Shown in pieces: positions 47,081 to 59,900 of a stretch of 64,000 nucleotides of DNA; the first letter of the stretch is position 1, and each line of letters starts with the position of its first letter. Below the pieces are notes generated by a model, which worked only from the letters and a program-made list of their open reading frames with translations, was not told the DNA's origin and did no database searches. The position numbers and the translations under genes are program-made. This DNA comes from Mobula hypostoma (lineage: Eukaryota): contig NC_086108.1 of the NCBI RefSeq assembly GCF_963921235.1, positions 93,808,001 through 93,872,000 on the forward strand, given 5' to 3'.

Positions 47081-47821
47081 TTTCTTATCTTTATTTTTGC
47101 AAATAAGTTATAGCCTTGAAAAGGTGAGTACATTTGTGTTTGTGTGGGCATAGAGTAAATAAGTGAGTGTCAGCGCATTTGTAAGAGTGCATTATTAAGA
47201 GCACCACAACTTTTCGTAGTTTGGAAGCTTGCATGTCTCAATGACCCAGAGAGCTATGCTGACTGGAGTCAGGGCTTTATGCTTTGGCTCTTGGTAGGGT
47301 CACCCATGTCAAACAGGTCAAAGGGCAGAGGCCAGACTAAGAGTGGCCTACCGGTCCTCCAGGTTCAGGGGTTCAGCTCAGGGCTAACAACCCTGACTGA
47401 TGAAACAAAATTGTTACAGAAACAGCAATGAAGAATCCTCCTACATCTGAGTGTGATGGTATCCCAGGACTTGTATGGCTGACAGTAGTGCAAACCCAGA
47501 GGAAGCTACGGACATGATGAAGGAAGCCCTGAACACTGCCAGAGATGGAGAATGTTCATTGCTGCCCTAAAGACCAATGGCGCAATGGGCAGCTAGGTGT
47601 TTTTAAATATGAGTGTGAAAATAAGTGAGATGGTGCACACAAGTCTGCGGGAATGAGAGGGATGGGCTTAGTAATGAATTCAGACAAAATCAAATCATCA
47701 TTTCAGATGCAGGTTCCATTTCTCTGCTCCCATTAATATCACCACACCACTTTCAGAGGAACTGAAAGAGGACATTAAAGAGTACGTCTGATATGGGTTT
47801 AAAAGGAGGAGGTAAATGAAA

Positions 47822-48012
47822 GCGACACACACAAAATACTGGAGGAACCCAGCAGGCCAGGCAGCATCTATGGAAAAGAGAATAGTCGACGTTTTGGGCC
47901 GAGACCCTTCATTCAGTCGTGATGAAGGGTCTCAGCCCGAAATATCAACTGTATTCTTTTCCTCCAGCATTTTGTGTGCTGCTTGAATTTCCAGCATCTG
48001 CAGATTTTCTTT
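47822..48012. mobile_element. PLE terminal fold-back (older)
   Basis: Two head-to-head decayed hammerhead halves (gacccttcattcag / gtgatgaagggtctc) with pLTR ends on both sides. Confidence 0.75.
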
Positions 48013-50597
48013 TGCTGGAAGTGAATGAAATCTGAGATTCCTATGAAGGTGGAGAAAATTACGAAAAGCTGGAAATGTTGGAATTGTTGAATTTAATGTT
48101 GAGCCCTGAAGGCTGTGAATTGACTCGTCAGCTGCTGTTCCTTTGGTGGAACAGAACAGTACGGGCTGCCAGTGACACAGTGACATGATCTATGTTCCTT
48201 AATTAATTGAGAGTAGTTTAAGATCCAATGCACTTAGTAGAAATTACCTCTCATTCATTTTGATTGAATAAGGAGGTTAGGTTTATTACTCTGAGGAAAA
48301 CAAATTGACTGTACGGTGGGAGGGCATGTTTTGCTGTTGTCCAGTTGTTGCTTGTGTCATTCTGCTGAACATAGTGGGTGGCAAACTGTGCTGGAATGTG
48401 TGCTGACACTTCTGGGCTGTCCTCGGAACAGGCTTAGTTTGTAAATGACACCTTACATTGTGTGTTTTAATGTACAAGTGACAAATAAATGAATCAACAT
48501 TCTGAAATGCTGGATGTTATAAAAGGACTGAGGAGGCTGATGCTCTTGTTGATGTGCAGAGAAAGCCGGCTGGAGTGCTCCAGAAGTAGAAGTGACTGTT
48601 ATCCTTATCCAAGATGGTGGCGATTTAGTTGTTCATTTTTAAACTGGTTTTTTAGGTTCATAAGGCTGGTTTTGGGGACAGAGAGTTTAAAAATAGCTTT
48701 TTTTAGGTTCATAAGGATGGTTTGGGAAGTTTGGGGCAGAGTCCCAGTCTCCACTCCATGTTCAAAGGCCAGTGGTGCAGGCGGGAGACGTCCATGGTTG
48801 GACGCCGGGCCAGCAGGAGGTGGATGAGGGCCCTCCCCCACCCCCACCCCAGGTCGGTGAGTTGTTGGCGGGTTCAAAGTCGGTGCTCCGTATGGGCAGG
48901 AAGAACAGGTTCCGATGACCCTCTGGGTTCGCAGATCGGTGAGAATGGAGTTCGAGGCCAAGTGTTCAGTGATCAGCGTGTCCTGGGATCGATGCTGAGG
49001 ATCGAGCGTGAAGTTTGAATCGAGTCTGGAAGTTGAGACCTTTTGGCCGGAGCCAAGTCTGCAGATCTCCGCAACTCCGCTGAGGATGTCGAAGCACAGT
49101 ACCTGCAGGCCCGGGTCCAAGTCCGCTGGAGGTCTGCTAACGCAAATGGCACATTTCACTGTACGTTTCAATGCAAGCGTCACAAATAAACTTGAATCTT
49201 GAATCACTGTGCAAACATCAGGTCACTTCCAACCATGCTATTTAACCGGAGAGCTCAGAATGAGAAGATGATTCCCTTGCTGAAGTAACATTAAGATGAA
49301 TTTGCTTCAAGTCTGCTAAGCATTTGTCTGATAGCAGCACTTTTCACAGAGAATCAAAGTAAATGGCACAGGAGCATTGAGTTTTTTGGCTGGATTGCAC
49401 CATTGAAATCAGGCTCTGACTTAGAAGTGATGCAAGTGTCAATGAGTTCCCCTTCCCCCAGAGCTGGAAGTGCTCATGAGACGTTTATTGCTGCACTTTC
49501 AGTGCCTGGTGCAAGGCAGCTTTATTGCTTATTTTGTTTCTCCCAATAGCTGCTCCTGCTCATTGGAGAAGTTATTACTTCCCCTTTATTGAAGCCAAAA
49601 GACTATTACAATTGGTGCCATGATCATGTCATTGAAAAATGCTGAACAGTACAGTTCTGTTTGTTCGCCTGAAAGCCGCATATTTCCTCAGGCAGAATCA
49701 GCCTCCCTGATATCCCGACCAAAATCCATTCCTCCGCATGAATGCCTGGGAAGAGTTTATCTGATTATTATCTCCTTGCAGTTGGATATCCTACAATAGT
49801 GACGAGCCTTCAAAAGGCTTCACCAGCTGTAAGCACTGCAGCCATTTGTAAAAGGGCCTAGATAAATGAAATGGTTTTCCTTTCAGATGGGAATTCTCGA
49901 AAAAAAATTGGTAAATTGGTTTATTACTGTCCCATGTACCAAGGTACAGTGAAAACTTGTCTGACGTGTTGCTCATACAACTTTGAGGCAGTACAAAGTA
50001 AAACAGAGTGCAGAACAAAGTGGAAAGGCTGCTGAGAAAGTGCAGTGCACATAGACAGCGTCATAACAAGGTAGATCGCGAGGTCAAGAATCCATACTGA
50101 GCAAAGAAGTGGCAGATGGAACTGTACGGACATGCGCTTTGGTAGACGGAATAATGGCATGGACTATTTCTAAACAGGCAGAAAATTCAAAAATCAGAGG
50201 CGTAAAGGGACATGGGATTCCCAAAAGGTTAACTTGCAGGTTGAGTTGTGATAAGGAAGGCAAATGCAATGTTAGCATTCATTTCGAGAGGACTAGAATA
50301 TAAAAGCAAGGATATAACGCTGAGTCTTTATGAGGCATTCGTCAGATCGCACGTGAAGTATTGTGAGCAGTTTTAGGCTCTTTATCTAAGAAAAGTTGTG
50401 CTGACATTAGAGAGGTCCTGAGTAGATTCACAAGAATGATTCCGAGAATGAAGGGGTTAACATAGGAGGCATTAGGGAACAATTCAATCGTTTTATAATA
50501 GCGGGGTAGAAGCTGCCCTTGAGCCCGGTGGTATGGGCTTTCAAGCTTTTGTATCTTCTGCTTGATGGGAGGGGAAGAAGAGAGAATGTCTGGGATG

Positions 50598-51447
50598 TCA
50601 CCCTTGTCCATTTGTCCCCCCCATCCCTCCCCACTGATCTCCCTCCCGGCACTTATCCTTGTAAGCGGAACAAGTGCTACACATGCCCTTACACTTCCTC
50701 CCTCACTACCATTTAGGGCCCCAAACAGTCTTTCCAAGTGAGGGGACACTTCACCTGTGAGTCGACTGGGGCGATATAATGCGTCCGGTGCTCCCGATGC
50801 AGCCTTCTATATATTGGCGAGACCCGACGCAGACTGGGAGACCGCTTTGCTGAACACCTACGCTCTGTCCGCCAGAGAAAGCAGGATCTCCCAGTGGCCA
50901 CACATTTTAATTCCACATCCCATTCCCATTCTGACATGTCTATCCACAGCCTCCTCTACTGTAAAGATGAAGCCACACTCAGGTTGGAGGAACAACACCT
51001 CATATTCCGTCTGGGTAGCCTCCAACCTGATGGCATGAACATTGACTTCTCAGACTTCCGCTAATGCCCCACCTCCCCCTCGTACCCCATCCGTTATTTA
51101 TTTCTATACACACATTCTTTCTCTCACTCTCCTTTTTCTCCCTCTGTCCCTCTGACTATACCCCTTGCCCATTCTCTGGGTTCCCCCCCCCTTGTCTTTG
51201 TCCCCGGACCTCCAGTCCCATCATCCTCTCATATCCCTTTTGCCAATCACCTGTCCAGCTCTTGGCTCCATCCCTCCCCCTCCTGTCTTCTCCTATCATT
51301 TTGGATCTCCCCCTCCCCCTCCAGCTTTCAAATCCCTTACTCACTCTTCCTTCAGTTAGTCCTGACGAAGGGTCTCGGCCTGAAACGTCGACTGCACCTC
51401 TTCCTACAGATGCTGCCTGGCCTGCTGCGTTCACCAGCAACTTTGAT
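50598..51447 (+). mobile_element. Penelope-like element 3' part (GIY-YIG plus pLTR)
   Basis: Encodes CESTGAI.CVRCSRCSLLYIGETRRRLGDRFAEHLRSV; 12-bp TSD atgtctgggatg (50586-50597, 51448-51459). Confidence 0.92.
51358..51393 (+). ncRNA. Minimal type I hammerhead ribozyme motif
   Basis: AGTC-CTGACGA-AGG-gtctcgg-CCT-GAAA-CGTC-GACT. Confidence 0.75.
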
Positions 51448-51829
51448 ATGTCTGGGATGAGTCGTGTTTTTGATTATGCAGGCTGCTTTACTGAGACACT
51501 GAGAAGTGTAGAGAGAGACCGTGGAGGGGAGGCTGTGTTCACAACTTTGCAATTTTTGCAGTCACAGGCAGAGAAAAGTGCAATGTTTAAATTAAATTTA
51601 TTATCAAAGTACGTATGTGTCACCAAATACTACCCTGAGATTCATTTTCTTGCAGGCATTCATAGAACAAAGAAGTAGAATAGAATCAACGAAAAACTAC
51701 ACACAAAGATGACAAATTGCGTAGATGAAAAAGTACAAGTAACAATAATAAATCAATAAAACTGTGAATCTTCAACATGAGTGCAAAGGTTGTGTTCAGC
51801 GATCAGTTCAGTGTTGTGGTGAGTGAAGA

Positions 51830-52500
51830 TGTCCACACTGGTTCAGGAGCCTGACGGGTGAAGGGAAATAACTGTTCCTGAAGCTGGTGCTGTGGGGCCT
51901 AAAGCTCCTGTGCCTCCTCCCTGATGATAGCAGCTTTCCTATGGCAGCTTTCTATGTAGATATGCTCAATGGCAGCAGGGACTTCTCCTGTGATGAACTG
52001 CACTGCATCCATTACTTTTTCTAAGCTTTTCCATACTGGGGCACTGATATTTCCGTACCAAACCTTTGTCAGAGTTTTAGATGACGTGCCGAGTCTGCAC
52101 AAACATCTAAGAAAGTTATTGTCATACCAAGCCATGATGCATCTGGATAGGATGCTTTCAGTGGTGCATTGCCAAAAATTGGCGAGGGGCAAAGGGGACA
52201 TGCCAAATTTCTTCAGCCTCTTGAGGAAGATAGAGGTTCTGGTGAGCTTTCTTGGCTGTGGCCTCTACATGATTGGACTGGGCCAGGCTACTGGAGATGT
52301 TCACATCTAGGAACGTGAAACTCTCAACCTCAGCAAACCAGGAGATTGTGCACTGCCCTCCTTCCTAAAGTCAATGAGCAGCTCTCTTGTTTTGCTGACA
52401 TTGAGGGAAAGGTTGTTGTCATGACACCATCTCATTAGCATCTCTATCTCCTTCCTGTACTCTGACTCGTTGCTATTTAAGATATGACCCACTATAGTGG
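51830..52500 (-). mobile_element. Rex1/Babar-type LINE fragments
   Basis: Encodes ESEYRKEIEMLMRWCHDNNLSLNVSKTRELLIDFRK and LANFWQCTTESILSRCIMAWY. Confidence 0.8.
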
Positions 52501-52536
52501 CATCTTGTGTACTTAATATATCAGTAACATTTGAGT

Positions 52537-55500
52537 GGGGGTGGGGGGGAGGTCTGGGCCTGACGTCCCGCTCACCCAGGGATAGTGTACGTGCAATACA
52601 TCGCCTCTCCTTTCCCGGTGTAGCAGATTGCTGCGTGGTCACTGTCTGGCCTGCTAGGCAGGAGGCCACTGCAAATGGCCTCCCCTACATTACTGTATCC
52701 ATAGCAACACCTTCTCGCCGGTGCCCCCCCCCGTTTCCAGCGAGCTTGCTACGTCATGGCGCGACCGAGTGTCCGGCGGTATAACTGGATGGGTCGGCTG
52801 GGCTCATTAGCCTTGGTTGGCAGCCAGCCTAGGAGAAGGACAACTCTGAATCCAAACCCGGGCAGGTGGGGCTTGTCAGCCTTGTCAGATCATCCACCTC
52901 GGAGCAGGACACTCCGACATAAATCCTACGACCCGAGGTCCTCACCGTCACATCTATATCACAACACTGTCACTGTTCATCTATGGAGATGAACGCCGGG
53001 TGTAAAGAGTGGGACCAGTACTGTGCACACTGCACTCCATCTAAAATACCATTGCGCAGGCTGAAGGACACACCCACGTCTGCGACCATCCTCCCCGAGC
53101 TCATCAAGCTCTGCAGAGATGGGAAAGGGGTGAAAAAGGCAGGTGGAAGATGACACTGGAAGCCGCAGTTCCGATCCTGCATGCAGGCGGTTCAGGTGTA
53201 TCAGTCGTCTCATGTTGACCCCCGAGACGACAATATCATTCAGCAGCACCCTGAACGACCAAGCAGCCTTCTCTAGAGACAGCACTGCTTGCTCCACACG
53301 GAGAGGGGCCTAGAATAGGTGGCCCAACCAAAGCTCGTTTCCATTTCCCCCAGTTGGCTAGCCGCGGTCGACGGGCATCCTCAAATGCAGTCGAACAACA
53401 ACAAAGATGAAAAAGTACACACCTGTCTCACTAGGAGTGCAAGGACTAAAGCTCGCATGCTGGGACATCAGAACCATGCTCTACACAGCAGGTAGTGGTC
53501 GCCCAGAACAACGATCCGGTCTAGTTGCACATGAACTTTCAAGACTGAATGTCGACATCGCTGCTCTCAGTGAAGTCTGCTTCCCAGAGTAAAGCAACCT
53601 TCAAGAACATGGCGCCAGCTACACCCTCTACTGGTCAGGCAAGCCAGAGACTGAGAGACGCCTTTCTGGCGTTGGCTTTATGGTCAGGAACTCTATTGCC
53701 TCCAAACTTGAAAAACTGCCAATGGGTCACCTCCAACCACATCATCTCCATGCACCTCCCATTTCGATCTAAACAGCGTGCCACACTCTTCAGCGTGTAT
53801 GCCCCTGCTCTTCAGACGGATCCTGCAGAAAAGGACAAGTTTTACACTGATCTGTGCAACCTCGTGCGGAACACCCCTGCAGACGACAAGGTCTTCATCC
53901 TTGGCGACTTCAATGCCAGACTAGGCCAAGATTCAGAAGCCTGGAAAGAAGTACTTGGCAAACATGATGTTGGAAACTGCAATGACAACGGGCGCCTTCT
54001 GTTAGAGTTTTGTGTGGAGCAGCAACTCACCATCACCGACACCATTTTCCAACAGAAAGACAGTCTGAAGACAACCTGGATGCATCCTCGGTCCAAGCAT
54101 TGGCACCTCATAGACTACATCTTGGTGCGCCAGAGAGACCTTCGGGATGTTTTACTCACCCCAGTGATGCCCAGCGCAGAGTGTCATATGGACCATCGTA
54201 TTGTGTGCTGCAAACTCAGTCTCTATTTCAAACCCAAGCCAAAGAGAGGAGACGCTCCAAGGAAGAAGTTTCAGGTTGGCAACCTCCAGTCAGCTGAAGT
54301 GAAAGCTGACTTTCAGACGAATCTTCACTCGAGGCTTCAGGATCCTGGTTTCCCCACAGACTCCTCTCCCAAAGTGCTTTGGGAACACCTAAAAACCACC
54401 ATCCTGCAAACCTCTGAAGAAGTCCTCGGGTTTTCCACAAAGAAGAACAAGGACTGGTTCAATGAAAACAACCAGGAGATCCAAGAATTGCTGGCGAAGA
54501 AGAGATCCACCCACCAGGCACACCTTGCTCAGCCGTCTTGTCCTGATAAGAAAGCAGCCTTTCGCCTTGTATGCAGCAACCTCCAGCACAAGTTTCGAGA
54601 GATTCAGACGTGTGGTGGACCAACGTCGCAAAGAGAACTCAGCTTTGCGCAGACACCGGTGACTACAGAGGGTTTTATGAAGCCCTGAGAGCGGTGTACG
54701 GCCCTTCACACCAGGTCCAGAGTCCCTTGCGCAGTGCAGATGGTCAGGCGCTCTTCACAGACAAGGCGTCCACCCTGAACCGGTCCTCGGAACATTTCCA
54801 GAATCTCTTCAGCGCCAACCACAAGGTCCAAGACTCAGCAATTCATCACATCCCACAGCAGCCAGAGAAAACAGAACTGGACAAGATTCCAACCCTAGAA
54901 GAGATAGTCAAGGCCATAGAGCAGCTGAAAAGTGGCAAGGCAGCGGGAGTTGATGGAATCCCACTTGAGATTTGGAAGCATGGGGGCCCAGCGTTACACA
55001 CCAAACTCCACGAGTTCTTTGTCTGCTGCTGGGAGCAAGGTAAACTTCCACAGGACTTCCGTGATACAGTCATCATCGCCCTGTGTAAGAACAAGGGAGA
55101 AAAGTCCGACTGCTCCAACTACCAGGGGATAACTCTTCTCTCTATTGCAGGAAAAATCCTCGCAAGAGTACTCCTGAACAGATTGGTGCCCATCATTGCA
55201 GAAGAACACCTCCCAGAGAGCCAGTGTGGCTTCAGAGCCAACAGGAGCACCACCAACATGGTATTTGTTCTCAGGCAGCTCCAAGAGAAACGTAGGAAAC
55301 AGAACAAGGGATTGTCGACCTTACCAAAGCATTCGACACTGTGAGCAGGGAAGGTCTGTGGTAAATCAAGGAACGACTGGGATGCCCCCCAAAGTTCCTC
55401 AGCATGGTCATCCAGCTACATGAAGATCAGAGTGGCCAGGTCAGACACAACAATGACCTCTCAGAACCCTTCCCAATAGGCAATGGAGTATAGCAAGGCT

Positions 55501-56673
55501 GCATCCTCACGCCGACTCTCTTCACCATCTTCTTCAGCAAGATGCTCGAAAGGGCCACAGAAGACCTTGATGACAAGGATGGTGTTTACATCCGATACCG
55601 CACCGATGGCAGCCTGTTCAACCTGAGGTGACTACAGTCCCACACCAAGACATTGGAGCAACTCATCCGAGAGCTACTCTTCGCTGACGATGCTGCCCTT
55701 GTTGCCCACATGGAGACAGCCCTGCAGCGTATGACATCCTGCTTCGCAGAGGCTGCCGAGCTCTTCGGGCTGGAAGTCAGCTTGAAGAAGACAGAAGTTC
55801 TCCATCAGCCCGCACCTCAGGAAGATTACCACCCTCCCCTCATCACCATCGGTGAGGTAGAGCTGAAGACAGTCCACCAGTTCAGCTACCTGGGGTGCAC
55901 CATCTCGTCAGATGCCAAGATCAACAAAGAGATTGACAACAGACCGGCAAAGGCAAACAGGGCATTCGGCAGGCTGTACAAAAGAGTCTGGAACAACATG
56001 CATTTGAAGAAAGGCACAAAGATCAGCGTGTACAGAGCCGTTGTACTGACTACCCTCCTGTACGGCTCCGAGTCGTGTGTCACCTACCATCACCACCTAC
56101 GACTCCTTGAGTGTTTCCACCAGCGCTGTCACCGCACCATCCTCAACATCCACTGGAGTGACTTCGTCACCAACATCGAAGACCTCGAACAGGCGGAGAT
56201 CACCAGCATTGAGGCCATGTTGGTGAAGATGCAGCTGCGCTGGGCAGGGCATGTCTCCAGGATGGAGGATCATCACCTGCCCAAGATTGTGATGTATGGC
56301 AAACCCTCCACTGGCCACCATGGCAGAGGGACACCGAAGAAGAGGTACAAGGACTCTGTGAAGAAATCCCTTGGTGCCTGTCACATTGACCATCGCCAGT
56401 GGTCTAATCTAGCCTCCGATTGCGAGGCCTGGTGACACACCATTCACCAGTCTGTCTCCTCCTTTGAGAACGCATGCAGGGCTGGCATTGAGGACAAAAG
56501 GAGGAGAAAGAACTGTGACACAGCAGCACCAAACCCAGAACAGAATTTCCCTTGCAGCCGCTGTGGCCAGACCTGCCTGTCCCGTACTGGCCTCGTCAGC
56601 CACCAGCAAGCCTACAGAAGACATGGGCAGCCCCTTCCTAAATCTCCATTCACGAAGCCAAGCCATGATGATG
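52537..56673 (+). mobile_element. Full-length RTE-clade LINE (4137 bp), AviRTE-like, with disabled ORF
   Basis: 11-bp TSD aacatttgagt (52526-52536, 56674-56684). RTE 5' UTR motif ctaggagaaggacaactctgaatccaaacc. APE (LACWDIRTM...GDFNAR...HLIDYIL), RT (NYQGITLLSIAGK, ESQCGFR, LLFADD), C-terminal C2H2-like CSRCGQTC...SH and a (tga)n tail. Several stops and frameshifts. Confidence 0.93.
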
Positions 56674-57169
56674 AACATTTGAGTAATATTGCAAATATAT
56701 TGTTTGATTAACCGTTCTTTGCTTGTGTACATAATTAATTACAGGTTTTATTCAGAAAGTATGTGAATAGCATATGTCACAATGCCATCAGGTCATATGT
56801 ACGCACCTCACTAAAGTGAAAAAACAAAGAGCGGACACATTATCCCCAAGCTCCCATCTTTTTCTTTCAATTCTTGGAGTTACAAAACAAAGCAGAATCA
56901 TCTACAAATATGTGGATAGCGTTAGGGCAGAATCTAGCATGTGTTAAGTGAGTGAATTCCTGCCAATCTCTATCCTGCTTGACTGTCCATACAATCTGTT
57001 TAAGATACTTTGCAATGTTTTAATAAAGGGTTTTTGTTAGCTGGAAATAAGAATTATAGAATAGTATTCCAAACTAATTAAAACCCTGACTTCAAAAGTT
57101 GGCCTCGATCACCTTTGAATATAACGACAGGTCACATTTATGTAACATATTTACATGCACTATAATTAT

Positions 57170-58240
57170 TTATATAGGCAAAAGTCGACATGGCTTCCTG
57201 AAGGGGAACTCTTGCCTGGCAAATCTGTTGCAATTCTTTAAGGAAATAGCAGTCAGAATAGAGGAGAGTCAGTGGGTTTTATTTACTTGACATGAGGCTG
57301 CTAAACAAGATAAGAGCCTGTAGTATCACAGGAAAGATACTAGAATGGATAGTAGATTGACTGACTGGCGGGAGGCAGAGAATGTAAATAAAGGGAGCCT
57401 TTTATGGTTGGCTGCCTATGACTAGTGGTGTTCCGCAGGGGTTGGTGTTGGGACCGCTTCTCTTCACGATGTGTGATGGAACTGATGGTTTTGTTGCCAC
57501 GTTTGTGGATGATACAAAGATAGGTGGAGGGGCAGAGAGTGTTGAGGAAGCAATGAGTCTGCAGAAGGACTTAGAGCAGAGGGCACCAACCGTTTTTATG
57601 CCATGGACCATTACAATTAAGCAAGGTACATCCCAGGTTGGGAACCCCTGACTTAGACCTATTTGGAGAATGAGCAAAGAAGTGGTAGATGGAATTGTAT
57701 GGTCATGCACTTTGGTAGAAGGAATAATGGCACAGACTATTTCTAAACAGGGAGAAAATTCAAATATCAGAGGTGTAATGGGACTGGGAGTCCTCATGCA
57801 GGATTCCCTAAAGGTTAACTTGCAGGTTGAGTTGATGGTAAAGAAGGCAAATGCAAAGTTAGCATTCATTTCGAGAGGCCAAGAATATAAAAGCAAGGAT
57901 ATAATGCTGAGGCTTTATAAGGCAATGACTGGAAAGTCTAAGACCAGAGAGCACAGCCTCAGAATAGAGGGGCATCCATTTAGAACAGAGGTGAGGAGGA
58001 ATTTCTTTAGCCAGAGGGTGGTGAATCTGTGGAATTCATTGCCACAGATGTCTTTGGAGCCAAGTCATTGGGTATATTTTAAACGAAGGTTGATAGATTC
58101 TTGATTAGTCAGGGTGTCAAAGGTTATGGGAAGGAGGCATGAGAATGCAGTTGAGAGGGATAATAAATCACCCATGATCAGATGGAGTAGCAGACGTGAT
58201 GGACTGAATGGCCTAATTCTGCCCCTAAGCATTCTGGTCT
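57170..58240 (+). mobile_element. Degenerate CR1 3' part
   Basis: Encodes HGFLKGNSCL, TSGVPQGLVLGPLLF and FVDDTKIGG; CR1 3' UTR follows. Confidence 0.87.
57577..57650. mobile_element. 74-bp hAT (Charlie/Buster-type) MITE in CR1
   Basis: cagagggcaccaacc...ggttgggaacccctg; TSD acttagag/acttagac. Confidence 0.75.
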
Positions 58241-59314
58241 TATAATACACTGTTGACATGCTACATAAATACAAGGCAGGAAAATGGCCAAAAGATTAGA
58301 CAACGGTACATTTCATGCAGGGCAAGAGTACAAAGGTCAGAGATGATGGATGGAACTCTATTGCTCGAGTCATGGAAAACAATAACAATATATGTTTTTA
58401 TACCTGCTATAATGTAGTAACACGTCAAGACTCATTTGACATCAAGCCATATGTTTATATTATTCTTACTGTTGTAGAGTCTACGTAGCTCTAATCAGGC
58501 AATAGAGGACTAATAACATTTCGTTAAAAACAGAGGCCTGGCATACATGTCCCATTTAGGTCAACCGTAGGGAGAGTCCTTAGAAGGGAAAGAAGTCCAA
58601 GTGGTATTCCAACTGAACAGAAACTTTCCGAGAGTCCTTTGCCAAAAAGCCCATATAATGAAACAACAAGAGATGTATTGACGTGTGTATAAATTTAAGA
58701 GGGCACAAAAATTCACTACTACTATAAAACAATCCATAAATATCTTCTTATTTAGCTGGTTCAAAGGTTCATAGGTTCACTTATTATCAGAGTATGTATA
58801 CAGTATACAACTCTGAGATTCTTCTTCTCCAGATAGCCACGAAACAAAGAAAACCATGGAAGCCAGTTCAGAGAGGAACAGTAAACCAAGCCCCCCCACA
58901 TAAAAAAAGAACAGCAACACCCCAATCCCCCTCCCCTACATGGATATCTGCCCCCGAAATCCCACTCTCCCTGCACAAAAAACTTACAAAAATGCAACAA
59001 CAGCAATTCTGACGGAAAGGATATTCCTGAACAAGAACAAAGAAAACTGTGGTATGTGCTGTGACAGTCCGAGCACAAGCCTATTCAATTCGTTAGTCAC
59101 CTACAACCAAATACATTTGAAATAATTATTTGTTCAAATCCAGTACAGCTGTCAGTAACTGACAGACAATGAAACAAATATTAGCAATGCATTTGAACAT
59201 CTGAGTTGAGAAAACAATTACATATTGTAACAGAATAAACATCGACACTGGTTTTAAATCCCTTATTTACTAAACAGAAATATCCCCGGCTAAATTTTAA
59301 ATAGAAGTGTTTCA

Positions 59315-59900
59315 TACTGCTGGTGACCTTTTACCGCTGCACCATAGAGGGCATCTTAACATACTGCATCTCTGTGTGGTATCTGGGTTGTACAGCAGCT
59401 GATAGGAAAGCACTTCAGCGGGTCGTCTCTAGCGCACAGAAGATCATCGGGACACAGCTCCCAGCCCTGGAGGACACCTACAGCCCTCGCTGCCTAAGGA
59501 AAGCTACAAGCATCTGTAAGGACAATACACACCCATGCAATCATCTGTTCGAACTTCTTCCATCTGGCAAATGTTATAAGATTTTCTATGCCCGCACTTC
59601 CAGACTGAAAAATAGCTTTTTCCCCAGAGCTATAATTGCTCTGAACCAATCGATCAAGCATCATCCATAAATTGTTATATTGCTGCTTTAATACTGGTTT
59701 TATGGCTGTCAGGCACCTGAGTTGTGCTTTTGTACTGCTGGACATTGCTTGTACTGGCTGGTTACTTGATTTATTTATTGTTTATTTATTTTATTTGTTG
59801 TTTTATAGCATTGAGTACGAGAGTTGCAAACTCATTTTCGCTGTATTGGTGCATGACAACTGTTCTATGTAATGGCAATAAAGATATTTCATTTCATTTC
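59315..59900 (+). mobile_element. Rex1/Babar-type LINE 3' fragment
   Basis: Encodes FYRCTIEGILTYCISVWY...HLFELLPSGKCY...RLKNSFFPRAI; aataaa plus (atttc)n tail. Confidence 0.88.

Noticed and set aside
52537..52900. HDV-like ribozyme in the RTE 5' UTR (known in some RTEs)
   Set aside because: I could only find simple hairpins (e.g. ctggg..tga/tca..cccag), not a nested double pseudoknot. A descriptor search is needed.
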